Below are positions 23,539 to 40,856 of a DNA stretch of 64,000 nucleotides, piece after piece. The stretch comes from Octopus vulgaris. Taxonomy: Eukaryota. Both the position numbers and the translations under genes were made by a program. The notes beneath the pieces are model-generated. The model saw only the letters and a program-made list of their open reading frames with translations. It had not been told where the DNA came from and did not search any database. The first letter of the stretch is position 1; each line of letters opens with the position of its first letter. The stretch is taken from NCBI GenBank assembly GCA_951406725.2, contig OX597818.1, forward strand, positions 124,992,001 through 125,056,000, read 5' to 3'.

Positions 23539-24580
23539 GAAATACGTATTTCTTTATTACCCACAAGGGGCTAAACACAGAGGGGACAAACAAGGACAGA
23601 CAAAGGGATTAAGTCGATTACATCGACCCCCAGGGCGTAACTGGTACTTAATTTATCGACCCCGGAAGGATGAAAGGCAAAGTCGACGTCGGCGGAATTT
23701 GAACTCAGAACGTAACGTCAGACGAAATACGGCTACGCATTTCGCCCAGCGTGCTAACGTTTCTGCCAGCGCGCCGCCTTTACGCATTTATACCAATAAT
23801 ACTGGTTGTGGTTGGTTTTGTGAGTGAATGTCTGAATAACAATCAAGGAAAGCTCGGATTTTCAGGAAAAAAAACTCATCCAGCTAAAAAACGTTAAATA
23901 CATTACAAGCACAATCTGTAAGCGGAACGCGCGCGCACACACATGCATACACACGCATACACGCACAAACGCGTGCGCACGCATACTCATTTTCTCCAGG
24001 CATGCGTATAGATGTGCAAATGTCTGGTCAACCTTGATCGACGGACGACCTATAAAGCAGCCGCAGTAGTGGCAGCGGCGGCAGTAGCAACAGCAGCGGC
24101 AGTGGAGGCGCAATAGCCTAGTGGTTAGGGCAGCGGACTCACGGTCGTAAGAACGCGGTTTCGATTCCCAGACCGTGCATTGTTAGTGTTTATTGAGCAG
24201 AAACACCTAAGCTCCACGAGGCTCTGGCGGGGTGGGGTGAACCCCGCTATACTCTTTCACCACAACTTTCTCTCACTCTTTCTTCCTACTTCTGCCACAA
24301 AGCAGAGGAACCATGGTGTAACCCACTATGGTGTGGTAAACTTTCAGACCCTAGTCTAGATTGCGAATCTTCTGTACCTCAGGATGGTTCAGCTCTCCAC
24401 CCATTAAAAGCCACCGTTTACGGAATGAGGATAACAACGTAGCTTTCGCTCCCGTGCAACAACCGCCAGTCTATCGCGTGAGGTGGGTGGCTCTTCAAGT
24501 TACCGCACACATTCTTAGTAGCTTAGAGTAGGCTCGAATTAGAGATTGTTCTTTGTGGCTAATGGCGTGAGTCCTGACTG

Positions 24581-24770
24581 GAAGAAGAAGAAGAAGAAGA
24601 AGAAGAAGAAGAAGAAGAAGAAGAAGAAGAAGAAGAAGAAGAAGAAGAAGAAGAAGAAGAAGAAGAAGAAGAAGGAGGAGGAGGAGGTGGAGGAGGTGGA
24701 GGAGGAGGAGGAGAAGAAGAAGAAGAAGAAGAATGAGTAGAAGAAGAAGAAGAAGAAGAAGAAGAAGAAG
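24581..24770. repeat. (GAA)n/(GAG)n microsatellite
   Basis: Direct inspection. Confidence 0.95.
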
Positions 24771-25111
24771 ATGAAGAGCAGCGACAGCAACACTAGTAGT
24801 AGTAATTTGTGAGACAACATTGCATTGCAGACCTACTCTTCTCTCACGGTCTCCGACTAAAATTTCGCATAGTGGTACATGGCCTCTTCTTTTTTTTTGG
24901 GGGGGGGGAACCTATTGGGAACTAGCACAAAATTCAAGGGTCAATGCTGCAACTTTTTTTTCTATTTAGCGTGAGGGCTCATCAGATATTCACGGACCCT
25001 TTCCCATCCCTGATAGCCCCAGTCATCACCACCACCATCACCACCACCACCACCACCACCGGACCGGGTAACCGACCGAATCTTTCCTTCACTCTTATAG
25101 TCCCCGTCGTG

Positions 25112-25354
<243 letters not shown>

Positions 25355-26183
25355 TGTAATGTATGTAATGTATAGTGTCAGGCTAACCTTAATAGGTCAA
25401 TCCTATGATCAAGGTAATCTGTCTCTGGTGGCCACCCTGTCTTTTTCCTACATATAGATGGTAATCCGGAGCACTGCATTTTCCAGCTTATCAACGTATA
25501 TCCTTTTCCAGGACACTCGTGTTGCACACGTGTGTGTGTGAGTGTATGTGATTCAAAGAGAGATTCAATAGAGGCCAAGCGACCACATACAAAGCTGGTC
25601 TCCCTTGTTGATTCGAACGCTCACCGTGGTCGATCGGCGTCCATTCACTGAACGATTTAAATTTGCCAACAAACGTGTGACCCTATGTCAAAGATAGAAA
25701 AACCATAATGATGATGATGATGACAGTGATGATAATGATGATGATGGTCATCATCATCATCATCGTCATCACCACTGATGTTTGTGCACTATTTTTTGTT
25801 TCGCCTCTTTAGGTTGTTTTATATATTTATCTAATCATTTCCCTCACCCTCTCTCCCTTCTCTCCGCTTTTTCTTCAGTGTCAGTTAAAATATTTTTTTC
25901 CCCTTTACCCCCGGACGGAAGTTCTATTGTTTTTCTAATGTACTGTAAACATCACATCACGGGTGCTTGGCTACATGCCAGATTACATTTTAGAAGTCAG
26001 CCCACACACAAATACGCTTCCCACCACATACACACACACAAAAATAAATAATAATAAATAAAATGGTTCCGGATTCAGTCCCACTGCGTGGCACCTTGGG
26101 CAAGTGTCTTCTACTATAGCCTCGGGCCGACCAAAGCTTTGTGAGTGGATTTGGTTGACGGAAACTGAAAGAAGCCCGTCGTA

Positions 26184-26235
<52 letters not shown>

Positions 26236-28057
26236 CATGTGTGTTTGTGTGTCTGCGTTTGTCCCCCTAGCATTGCTTGACAACCGATGCTGGTGTGTTT
26301 ATGTCCCCGTCACTTAGCGGTTCGGCAAAAGAGACCGATAGAATAAGTACTGGGCTTACAAAGAATAAGTCCCGGGGTCGAGTTGCTCGATTAAAGGCGG
26401 GGCTCCAGCATGGCCGCAGTCAAATGACCGAAACAAGTAAAAGAGTAAAGAGTAAAGAGTAAAGAGTAATGAAAATAAAAATACAAAAGCAACAAAAACA
26501 AGGGAACTAACTTCTACATGGTCACATGGTCAGTTTGAAATGGTGTTGATGGCTGTAGTAGGTATTTCGATCGAACGAAGGAAACAGTTTATATTGTTTT
26601 TTTCTTTCAAATTGGTCGATACTGTCTGTCTTAATTTTCGAAGGAGAAGTGTCACCGTTTTTCTAATAGCCGGGGCGGATTTGAACTCACAAGGTACAAA
26701 GTCGGAACAGACAGCACAAGGTATTCCGTCCGACAATCCAACAATTCTGTCAAGCCCCTGTCCTGACTACTGGCGCTTTTATCTATCGATTTAAAAAGAA
26801 ACCGAAGAGCAAAGTTGACCTTGGTGATATTTGATCTCAGAATGCACAGAAACGGAATAAATACTGATATAGAAACAGTGTTCTGTTCGACGCTTAAATA
26901 ATTCTTCGAAACCACTGCTCTGGACTGGCATATTTTAGGGACATCGAAAAGATGAAAGGTATAATCAATTTTAGTGAGATTTGAACCCAAAGTACCAGAA
27001 CACCGGATCACCAGACCGCCAGAGCGCCAGAGTACCAGAGCATCAGAGTGCTGGAGCGGCAGAACACAGAAAATTGGAAATATGTTGCGTGGTATTCCGT
27101 CTAGCGCTAACAACTACGATGATTCTCTGCTTTAAAGATTAATAGAAATAGGAGACAAACATCTCTTAAAGTCCACCCTCTTACATTAAAGAAGAAAAAA
27201 AAAGATAAAAAGGAAAAAAAAAAACAGAAGTGGCTGTGTGGTAAGTAGCTTGCTAACCAACCATATGGTTCCAGGTTCAGTCCCACTGCGTGGCATCTTG
27301 GGTAAGTGTCTTCTGCTATAGCCCCGGGCCGACCAATGCCTTGTGAGTGGATTTGGTAGACGGAAACTGAAAAGAAGCCTGTCGTATATATGTATATATA
27401 TATATGTGTGTGTGTGTGTCTGTTTGTGTTTGTCCCCCTAGCATCGCTTGACAACTAATGCTGGTGTGTTTACGTCCCCGTCACTTAGCGGTTCGGCAAA
27501 AGAGACCGATATAATAAGTACTGGGCTTACAAAGAATAAGTCCCGGGGTCGATTTGCTCGACTAAAGGCGGTGCTCCAGCATGGCCGCAGTCAAATGACT
27601 GAAACAAGTAAAAAAGTAAAAGATTATGCTGGCGTGGCTCTGTGACAAGAAGTTGACTTCCCAATATTTTCCCGACGTTAACTGTTTTTTGTCTCCTGTG
27701 TGGCCCTAAGGCCGCATTCTGTTTTTTTTTAAAAATTTATTTCAGTCCGTTCGTATGCCTACATCTCTTCCTGTTTGTTTTGTCTCGTCTTGAATTACAT
27801 TTATTTCACATTTGCATGTTCACTTTCTGTATCGCACGGTTGTTTATTTCTCGTCTCTTCGTTTATTTTCTGTCATATTTTCTGTCCCTTGTTTTTTTGG
27901 CTCGCCATTTCCGACGGTGTTTTGCCGTCGGCGCCACCAGAAGGGCTTCAATATCGTTAAGGTGCGAAATCGCGTTTGACCTTTTGGCCGATAACTGATG
28001 AAGGTTTGGTGACCCTGTGCCTCTATTTTCCGTTTGTTTGTGCATTTACTATATGTT

Positions 28058-28162
<105 letters not shown>

Positions 28163-28167
28163 TGCTA

Positions 28168-28385
28168 GAAGGTGAGGTGTTGAAAAGTTCTTGGCTTTAA
28201 GAGTATCGTGAAAGGCATGATTAGAGGCCCAACTTTCCGGGTACTTTTACAAGGCTGAGAAAAACTGAAAGATTGCTGCAACGAGTGAGTGAATCTGAGA
28301 GGGAAATATGTTGGATAAAATCATAATTAACTGATCCTCGTGTATTTTCTTTCACCCAAGGCCAGGAACTTTTCAGAATCCCCTC

Positions 28386-28389
<4 letters not shown>
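28168..28389. mobile_element. mariner-type MITE (copies 47083-47280 partial and 47393-47610)
   Basis: TIR-like ends gaggtgttgaaaagttc / gaacttttcagaatcccctcg|ta. Three related copies in the window. Confidence 0.7.
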
Positions 28390-28469
<80 letters not shown>

Positions 28470-28472
28470 ATG

Positions 28473-29670
28473 CTAGCTGGTGTACCCGGTAATTTCCGGG
28501 AGTAAAAATGTTCTATTGAAACGCCTTACTGCTCTGATATAAGAAAACAATTTCGCTATAACAGCCACAAAAGGTGTATTTTCCGTCACGAAAAAGCACA
28601 AAAAACTGTCAGCTGGAGGAGGGAGAGACTGTTGGAGGTTGGCGAGAGAGGTTTTCGGAGGTTGGCGAGAAAGATTGTCGGAGGTTGGTGAGAGAGGTTG
28701 TCGGAGGTTGGCGAGAGGCAAAGACATTATTCTGCTTATCAAAGTCATCTGGGAAATGTATAACAGCTGTCATTCACAGAAAAAAAAAAACTATTGTTTT
28801 ACTGTGAGAAAAGCGCTGTTGAAGTGTTAAGTGAAATTTGGCAATCGAGGATTGAATCCACGCTATGCCTGAATGAAGCCACTACAAATACGTTGTGGAA
28901 AAAAATAAATTATCTACTGTCATGGAAAAAGTGTAACTGTAAAAATGCAGAATTATCGGAGTAATGGGCATTCAAAAACGGTATGTATGTATAGAAATAT
29001 ATGAATGAAGTCTTTAATGTTTAAGATTCAAATTAAGTAAGTGCAATAATAATGTTTGGCAGTTCAGAACTGTGAGTAGTGAAATGCAGAATTAGGTCAG
29101 CTGATCGTAAGAATCAAATATTGATTGCTTCGCTAAAATCTGTAAGTGGCTTGGGTTATTTCCCTTGGGTTGTTTAAATAAAATATTAGTAATGTGTAGT
29201 AGATTGAAGGATCCATTGGAGGAGCCCCATTATCGATTTTTTCAACAATCTAAATATGTCACGAGGTTTCCAGACATGAGTTCTACTCACTTGTCAAATA
29301 AATGTATAAAAGTGATGTTGTCTGCAAAAATTAGAAATAGGACACACAAAAAATCAATATTCAAAGTAATCGAACATAAACAATGAAATGGGTTATTTCC
29401 CTTGGGTGTCTGAAAAAAAATATTGTACAGGTGCTATTGGTTATTTCCCATGGGTGTTTAAAAAAATTAGTTATATGAGGTAGATATAAAGGTCCCTTCC
29501 AGGGTCCGTATCATCGATTGTTTCAACAATCTAAGTATGTTACGAGGTTTCCAGACATGAGTTCTACTCACACGTCAAGTGTTATCAAAATCAATAAAAC
29601 GATGTCGGAGGAGTTAGCTAACAACGCCACAAACAAACACAAACACACCGATTTTCCACGTATATAGTAT
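28473..29670 (-). mobile_element. Helitron-like element with a 24-bp minisatellite and internal duplication
   Basis: Minus-strand 3' hairpin cccggaaattaccggg...CTAG. (ttgtcggaggttggcgagagagg)-like repeats at 28620-28720. Duplicated block near 29150-29310 and 29440-29580. 5' end approximate. Confidence 0.6.
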
Positions 29671-30039
29671 ATATATATATATATATATACACGCGCTTAT
29701 ACATACATACATACATACATACCCCCCCATACACACATATATATATATACTACTGCTACTTAAACAATCAAAAACATGAATTCATATCAAACTACTACTA
29801 CCTACTGCCCACTACCTAGAACTCACATGAGTAAAAAAGAGAGACAGAGACAGACAGAAAAAAAGAAAATATCTCTTGCGTTTACAAATTATGGAAATAC
29901 TTTTAAAAGACATTTCATTTAATTTTTCCACAATTCCATTGTTTTTCATGCTTTACTGTAAGTTGAAAAAGTCGCAAAGTCTGAAACCGGTACTAAAATG
30001 TTCTTCATGATAAAATTATTTTAGAATTTTCTACCTTGT

Positions 30040-30113
<74 letters not shown>

Positions 30114-30406
30114 GTGTGTGTATATATATATATAAACATATATTAAGATATGTACATATACATCTATCTATCAATCTATCTATGTGTATGTATACATCTG
30201 CCTGAAGATTGCTTTAGCGTGAACCTCGAGCATGCATGTGTGTGTGCGTGCGTGTGTGTGTGTGTAAAAGTGTGTGTTTTTGTATGTGCGTGCGCACGCA
30301 AAACTATGTAAAGTATGTAGAAAATTAACTTCCGTATCTCATAATCATCATACACCCCCAAAACACCAACAGAACTACTACCACCACCACCACCACCACC
30401 TCCACC

Positions 30407-30509
<103 letters not shown>

Positions 30510-30681
30510 CTACTACTACAACAACAACAACAACAACAACAATAAAAGCGCGCATCGTTAATTATTCATGCCTTAGTTTATCCCTTTTTATGCAATACCC
30601 ATGATGCTCTCTGTAAACTCTGTCGTCTCCCTGTTGACTGTAACTGGAAGGAATATATAACATCATCATCATCATCATCAT

Positions 30682-30734
<53 letters not shown>

Positions 30735-31050
30735 GCAACAACAGTAATAACAGCATGAACCGCGACATCAACTTACGCCACCAACCGTAGCAGCAGAAAT
30801 AGCAAAAGCAACAACAACAATAACAACAACAACAACAACAACCGAAACAGTAATATCAACAAGTGCAACACCAATATCTGCAGCAGCCACAGCTGTAGCA
30901 ACAACATTCACAGCAACAACTGCAGCACTAACAGCTGCAACCGCAACGATTTTAGCAAGAACATCTGTGGCTACAACAGCAGCAATAGTGGCAACAGTAG
31001 CCGCATCAGTAACTGCAACAACAGCAAATATGGGAGTAACAACAGCAGGT

Positions 31051-31081
<31 letters not shown>

Positions 31082-31138
31082 CAGATTCAAATAGGACAGC
31101 GACAACTATTGCTGATACATCTGCTGTAGCAACCACTT

Positions 31139-31556
31139 TCGAACTTGAAATCTTCAAAGCCACAGTCGAACCAATCCTACTATATGGCTCAGAAACCTGG
31201 ACGTTATCAAAGAAACTTGAGAGGCGGTTGGATGGAACCTACACCCGCCTCCTTATGAGAGCTCAAAATCTCTCGTGGAAGTGTCATCCAACCAAAGTAC
31301 AAAAAATATGGGAAACTACCACCTGTGTCATCTCTTGTGAAAGGTAGGAGAGTCCAAGTTTGCTGGACATTGTTGTAGAGCTGAAAAAGAGGTAATTTCT
31401 ACTCTTCTCCTCTGGAAGCCATCTACTCGCAATACCAGAGGGCGCACACTTTCCTACCCTGATGTAATCTCCAGGGATACAGGCATCCAGCAACAGGATC
31501 TCCGTAATGCCATGATGGACCGTGAAGTCTGGCGTCGAACAATGATGATGATGATG
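31139..31556 (+). mobile_element. 3' fragment of an RTE-clade LINE
   Basis: IFKATVEPILLYGSETWTLSKKLERRLDGTYTRLLMRAQNLSWK, frameshifted downstream, with a (GAT)n tail. Confidence 0.85.
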
Positions 31557-31908
31557 TAGCAACCACAACAGCAACAACTGTAATGACAAAGTGATGTCAG
31601 GCTTCTTAACCCTAACCCATAGTTCTCAATTAGTCGGGAAATACGACCAATGGTTCGTCCCGCTTGTATTCTGATGACGATTAGTGACGGGGAACAGAGA
31701 CTCTGAGTATTGAAGAAGATTAATTGAACTGTGTAGCTCAGAGAACTTTCAGTCTGTCGACTATGATCTACTTCTAGAAACCTCTGATCTGACAGTTCTT
31801 GGAGAGATATTACTGATTTGCGATAAATTCGTAGCACCGTCAGCCGAGGTTGTCTGAGATGTATGCAGGGCGACGAAACGTTGTGCGCGTATTGATTCAG
31901 TATCAAAG

Positions 31909-32260
31909 TATTGGGTTGGCAACTAAGTCCCCGCCGTTTTTTTAAATTTTGGAATTTATTGCGTTGAAAAATTTTGGAATCTATTTTTTTCGAGAATTCT
32001 ATTTTTGAATTATTTTGGAATCTATTTTTTTTTTTTAGTTAATTTTAGTTAATTTTTGTTTATTTTCGGATCATTAAAATGGAATATCAAGTTAAGAAAA
32101 ACTAGCATTTTCGACACCTCCTTTTTGCATTTAATCAAGATTCCAAGGCCGCAAAAGCTGCTCACGACATTTGTGCTGTGTATGGTGAGGGTGCTATAGC
32201 TGAAAGAACCGCCTGTGACTTGTATGCCAAGTTCAAAAATGGAAATTTTGACTCAAAGAC
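31909..32260 (+). mobile_element. 5' fragment of a mariner transposon
   Basis: TA|TTGGGTTGGCAACTAAG TIR-like start, then frameshifted N-terminal transposase (…KAAHDICAVYGEGAIAERT…KFKNGNF). Confidence 0.7.
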
Positions 32261-33680
32261 GTCATTTCATTCCTTTTGTTGTTTTTGATGACTGTTTTTT
32301 CTCCTTAGCTGATTCTTTATTGTCTCCCTCTCGTCCTTTTTTTCTGTAATTTGTCTCCTATTAAAGAACTTTCCTTAAAAAATTTTATTGCTGTATCTTT
32401 TATTTCTTTTATTTTGACTTCTGTTCACTTGATGTAAACCCCCACTCTGTGTGTCTGTATTTCGTCCTTGTTTTGTCCTAAGTATTTTGGACTCTTCTGG
32501 CCCATAAACGAAATCAATATTATAAGGCGGCGTGCTGGCAGACTCGTTAGCGCGCCGGGCGAAATGCTTAGCGGCATTTCGTCTGTCGTTACGTTCTGAG
32601 TTCAAATTCCGCCGAGGTCGACTTTACCTTTCATCCTTTCGGGGTCGATAAATAAAGTACCAGTTTCGCACTGGTTGGGGGGGGGGTCGATGTAATCGAC
32701 TTAATACCTTTGTCTGTCCTTGTTTGTCCCCTCTATGTTTAGCCCCTTGTGGGCAATAAAGAAATCAATATTATAGTTGTTTCTGCAACTGTGATGCTAT
32801 TAAAAATAATAATAATAATGGTGGTGGTAATTATATAAATAGTAGAAAAGAAGTTGGTGTTGGTGGCGTTAGTGCTTCTTCAATAAAGTGCGCTGTTTTG
32901 CTGTTTATCGTAGAGATCTTGTTAACTAAGGACAGATTGGCATAATCCGTGATATATATAATCAGTACAATAGATCTTTCTATGCATTGGTCAAACGTGG
33001 TGTATATTAAAGAACCAAGTGTGTACATATGATGCTTTATTTTCTTGATAATGCCTTCCACAAGTGGTGTTGATATAGTGTGAATAACATCTACATAATT
33101 ACAAATATTTTTGTATAATGTATGTTATTTGTAAGTTATTGAGTATCATTATTGGTTATAATTGTCAAGTTTCATTGGTGCTGCTAAGAAAAGAGATAGT
33201 GGATTTGGTAGCTGCTTAGAGCCTGTATCGCAAGCAAGCCATTATTTTAATGGGCCGCATAACCAGGTTCGATTTCCGAAGTGTGTTGTGTTTTGCTCTT
33301 GAGCAAGACACTTTATTTTACATTGCTCCAGTTCACTCAGCTGTAGAAATGAGTTGCGACTTCACTGGTGCCAAGTTGTATTGGCCTTCGCCTTTCCCTT
33401 GGATAACATCGGTGGCTTGGAGAGGACTTGTGCCTCGGGGGGGAATTTTCTAGGTGCAATCTAACGGTCATTCATGTCTGAATGGGTTCTTTACCCTGTT
33501 ACCTGTCCGCTTATTAGGAGCTTTGGTCCACGTATCAGCCAAGGCAATTTTAATCCCTTCTTTTGAAAGCCCAAGCAAATCTATAATTTTGGAAATGTAT
33601 TAGCAAATCACTTTTCATCTTTCTCGAGCTTGTTCATGGTTCCAGGTAAGAATATGCTTGTTCCGATTATTATATTGCTG

Positions 33681-33724
<44 letters not shown>

Positions 33725-34362
33725 GCATAACGTGTGTGTGTGTCAGTGTTAAATCTATTTCATACTGGCAATTTTTGGACAATCTGGATTTTTATACAAA
33801 GAGAAGTCAGACAAAAAAAATTCTGTTTTTAATTTTTTTTATTTGTTCGTATACATGCACAATACAGTTACATGGAACGGTCATCTACATAAAAATAACG
33901 CTTAAGGCAACAACTACATCGATTTACGTTGTTTAAATGTACGCATCAAAGAAAACTAAAATTATGGTAATCTATAGACGATCATGTCGAGGCGCGTGGC
34001 TTAGTGGTTAGGGTGTCTGCACATGATCGTAAGATTGTGGTTTCGATTCCTGGACCTGGCGACGCGTTGTGTTCTTGAGCAAAACGCTTCATTTCACGTT
34101 GCTCCAGTCCACTCAGCTGGCAAAAATGAGTAACGCTGCGATGGACTGGCGTCCCGTCTAGCTGGGGAACACATACGCCATAGAAACCGGGAAACCGGAT
34201 CCATGAGCCTGGCTAGGCTTTAAAAAAAAGGGGGAATTATTATTTTTTTTTATAGACGATCATACGCATTAACAGTGAACAATTCCATCGACGCGCTTAG
34301 CTACACACACTTGTTTATGCGTGTGCGTGCGCGCGATCACACGCACTTTTTACCTATTTGAA

Positions 34363-34945
<583 letters not shown>

Positions 34946-35612
34946 TACATTATTTGTATTATTATTTAATTGAACGCCACACATCCATTTCCAAGTAAGT
35001 TTATCTTCACCTTTTTGATGTGACTCTACTTTATACTGTTTTCTTCTTTCATCCTTCTCTAATTCCCTTCCCCCCTCTTTCACTGCTTTCTATCTGTCTC
35101 TCCCCCCCCCCTTATTTCTCTTTTCCTCTATCTCGTTGCTCACACGTGACCATTGTCCATCTTTCCTTTCCTCGCGTGACCATCTTTCTTTCCAGTACGG
35201 ACGTTTATTCTCCCACCGTCTATCTTTTCTCTTTTCAAAGAAAATATTTCTCCCACCGTTCACTATTTTCCCCTCGTTCTGGTCTAACGACCCTTCATGT
35301 TTGTTTTCGTTCGGTTTCCTTGTACGTCTCCACTGTCTTGTTTTTGTTCCCAACTTTGCCCCGCCATAAATCCTAAATTGCATTTTAGAATTTATGGGAG
35401 CAGCTGTCTTTGAAGACTCATATTGTCATTGAATACTAGAAACGAGGAGTAGATAGACAGCTGACAACTGATGAAGGGTGGTTTCTCTGTGTTTACTTGT
35501 CCTGTTTTCCATTTTTTCTCTTGTTGTTTACGTATTTAACTCGTTTGTCTACGTATTTCATGTTGTTTACAGTTGGTGACATCCTGTACCCATATATGCA
35601 TATATATGGGTA

Positions 35613-35655
<43 letters not shown>

Positions 35656-35722
35656 GTTGTTGTTGTTGTTGTTATTGTTGTTGGTGTTGTTGTTGTTGTT
35701 ATCATTATTATTGTTGTTGTTG

Positions 35723-35793
<71 letters not shown>

Positions 35794-35946
35794 TTTAATA
35801 TTATATGTAAATATATAAGAAACTCCGTAAAACTAAGTGCTTTGTGAATGTGAAACCCAGGGTAACCCAAGAGACCGGCTATAACTATCGTTATCTAGTT
35901 ATATATATGTTTGTTTATAGGCGTACGTTTGTATACGTATCAACCT

Positions 35947-35991
<45 letters not shown>

Positions 35992-36596
35992 TATAAGAAA
36001 CGCCGTAAAACTAAGCTCTTTGTGAACATAAAACCCAGGGTAACCCCAGAGACCGGATATAGCTGTCATTATCTAATTATATATATATATATGTGTGTGT
36101 GTGTGTTTGTAAGGGGTCTACTTTGGGGAAGTGGTTTGGCACGATCATACCCGCAGACAAGAGGTTCAATTCCTGTTGGCGATTTTACAACTATTATATT
36201 AATGTGATACAATCAAGCCTGTTATACTCGCCAGCGAGTATGACGTGCTAGACTGTACCATGCTTTCACTTGTTGTTTTAGGTGCCTATGTAGTCAGAAG
36301 CAGATACGGACATCCTCTCAACCCTCTCAACCCTCTCATCGTTGACCCTGTGTGGAACACCGAGGAAGTGACAGTTGGGGGGGGGGGGGAAGAAAACTGC
36401 AAAAGCAATCTGTTAGAAAACACATTTGCGACTGAATAAAGTGGAGCAACTTGAGCTGAAGTGCCTGGATCAAGAACAAAACGCGCTACCCGGTCAAGGA
36501 ATCGAACCGATGCTGCTTACGATCATGAACCTAACACCTTAACGACTACGCCATGCATTTTCACGTTTTCAAATTTTCATACACATGCACACACGC

Positions 36597-36675
<79 letters not shown>

Positions 36676-36957
36676 TTATCGATCTATCATTCTATTTGTC
36701 TATCTGTCTGCCTATCTTTCTATCTGTTTATCTATCTATCCATGCTTTTTTTTATATCTTTTTATTTTACTTATCCCATTCATTAGACTACAGCCTTACT
36801 GAAGCACAGCCTTGAAGGGTTTAGTCAAACAAATCGCCCCTAGTAGTTACCTTTATCAGTCTCTTTAGCTAAACTACTAGATTAAGGGGACGTAGGTAAA
36901 CGACACTGATTGTCGCTCGGTGGTTAGGGGACAAACACAAGCACAAAGAAGAAATAT

Positions 36958-37018
<61 letters not shown>

Positions 37019-39299
37019 CACACACAAACACACACAAACACACACACACACACATGCACACGCACACATACACACATACGCAGATAAGGCAATCTTTGTA
37101 ACTAACTCAACGTGGATGTATGGTTAGAACACCGAAAACTGCGTTATTTACCTTGAGAAGGCCTCTCATGGGTCCATGATGCATAAAAGCACACATATTT
37201 ATATCGCTGACAGGCGTTTATCGTCTGCTACGGCTACGGGAACTGCCTGTATGTACGATGGTTTCCGTCACTTTTTGTGGCAACCAAATTCAAGAGCAAG
37301 TCATTGTCAATGGTGCCGTGCAGTCAGACAAAATGCGAAATCTAGTGGTTCAAAGCGAGCTTCTTAACCACACCGCCCACCTCCACATGCACATACAACT
37401 ACATACATATACATTCATGCATGCATACATACATACATGGTGGCCGCCCCCTCGTTATCGAATATGGCCATTGCACGAAGCTTAATCAATGTTGTTATCG
37501 TGCAATTCCTGTGCAAGAAGATTTTTTTTAAAGTGAGGAAAGACTGTGCACTGAGTCAATCCCACTCACTAAGCAACAGCAGCCATAATCCGAAAAGGAA
37601 GAACAAGTCAACATCATCGGTAACCACTGAGCCGCAGGTTTTATGTCGGAGTTATCCCAGTTACCTGAGTTATCTTCTCCCAGAAGGATGCCATAACAAA
37701 GGGTAGGAGTCCTTCACTCCCAATGGTTTAACCGCGCGCGATCGGGTATTCAGTCCGATTATTTCTATGTCCCCGCGCATGATCCAGCCTTAAGACATTT
37801 ATTGGATGGCCGTTGACTCTCAAGAGTTTTCCCGCCCTTTGACGGGTTTTGTTTTTCATCCCGCGGGGTGTCCAATAAACACCCTCCTCCTCACCAAGCA
37901 AGCTTGGTGGGGTTGCCGGTTTAGTCGCCGACGACCCGACCATGCAACAGGTTGTATTGGGTTACATGTTACCAATAGCACTCAAACATACATACATACA
38001 TACATACATACATACATACATACATGCATGCATGCATGCATACATACATACATACATACATACATACATACATACATACATACATACATACACAAATACA
38101 TACATACATACATACATACATACATACATACATACATACATAAAAGGAGAAAGCTAGATAAGCAATGAGACATGGAGAAAAAACAAAAGGCATGATATCC
38201 TGTCGTCTGCTTTGTTCCATATTTTGGAGAAAGCAGACGACACAGCAACAATATAAAAATATTTTAGATCACCGCATTAGGAAACTAACACCAGTTTGGA
38301 TTTAATTGATTATTTGTTTAAGATAAAGTTTAACCTCTTCGGAAACTTAAACTACCATCTATTTATTAAACTATATATCTTATCTATCCATTTGTATACA
38401 GGTATCTTAATTTTTTTTATTATGAATTAACGCATGGATACACAAATGTAAACAAACTTAAATTAGGCACATTCATGCGTGCTCGCACACGTACTTCTAT
38501 ATTTCACCTAGTGTGTGTGTATCTCTGTGTGTAAATGTGTGTATGTATCTATATGTTTATATATGTACAGAGAGGAGCAAAGGCATACATATAAGCATGC
38601 ATCCGCAACTAAAGATCTATCGTCGTCTACACAATTTTCTGCATAACAAGTGTCTGCATGATACTGCATACATGCATCAGTGCATGTAAGCACAACACAA
38701 ACATCGTACTCTCCAATACATTAGCTGTCACATCCTCCTCACTTTTTATATCTACACCGCCATCACTAAAACGTAAGCATTATGTACACACATACACGCA
38801 TATATACACTCAGTCATACACAAATATAGACTAACTCATTCACACACACACACACACACATACACACACACACACACACATACACACATACACACTGTAT
38901 AAACACATGTACATTAAAAAGAAATCCGAACAAAAACCACACGCATGAACTCACACAGTAATGTTGCGCGTACATAAACATAGTCATTGACATATACACG
39001 CTCGAATACACAAATAATCATTCACACACATACACACACACACACACTGGATGACACATCCAGCACTTCATAAATTCCAGTCTCCTTTGCGATAGTTCCA
39101 ACCAAAACACACTCCAAATTTAACCCCACACCCAAACCGCTCCATTCACTACACTCAACACATTATAATTGCCCTTTCTCCTAACACTTCTATAAAACCA
39201 CTTAGAAAGTGTGCTTGTGTGTGTATGCGTGTGTATATGGGAATATATTTTACTCTCTCTAACTCTTTGTATATCTGTCCCTTTCTCTCACATACATAC

Positions 39300-40190
<891 letters not shown>

Positions 40191-40783
40191 AATCCCTGAA
40201 CACAGGAATATTCTATTCTTTCCTCTTATTTGCCCCCTTCTCCCATTCCTCTTCCCCTTTCACTCCCTTTTCGTCATCCAACACTTCCCTTCCCGGCTCT
40301 TTTACCCATCCCTTCCACCGACTGTTGATACTGCAAGCCTCTTCTAAGCCTCGCCCTCATGCCAGTTTATAAAGGCATGTTCAGTCCAAGTGACTGTCAG
40401 ACAGAATTTCTTTACCCCACAATACAGTGTGCTACTGCATAACACGTTCGCATACGCTCACACACATACACATGCACACACATGCTTACACACACACACA
40501 CACACACACACAAACTGTTTGCATGTAAAAGCTAATTAGTTTGTCAGAAGCTTACATACACACACACACAGACACGAACACAAACGTTAAGACAGGCAAC
40601 AGGCATATTTAAGCACGCATAGAAACATACAAACGTTTCACATACTCTGCTGCCTGTGGATTATGAAGTCGTGCTTACGGCGTGAATTTTCTACACAGAA
40701 TATTTGGTTTTCCTATCCGAAGGCTGAGGCGTTTTACTTACCACAGGTAAATATTGAAAATTGGATTGACTTTCATAATAATA

Positions 40784-40856
<73 letters not shown>

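Noticed and set aside
28620-28720. Regular 24-bp repeats resembling a CRISPR array
   Set aside because: Head-to-tail minisatellite with no unique spacers, in eukaryotic DNA with no cas genes.
30195-30240. Further hammerhead-like traces (also 1325, 27995, 31835-31890, 35468, 44680-44745 minus, 59015 minus)
   Set aside because: Each lacks half of the core or stem I pairing; too degenerate to call.
37437-37975. GC-richer block that might be a LINE 5' UTR with an HDV-like ribozyme
   Set aside because: I could not assemble the nested double-pseudoknot by eye; it needs a covariance-model search.
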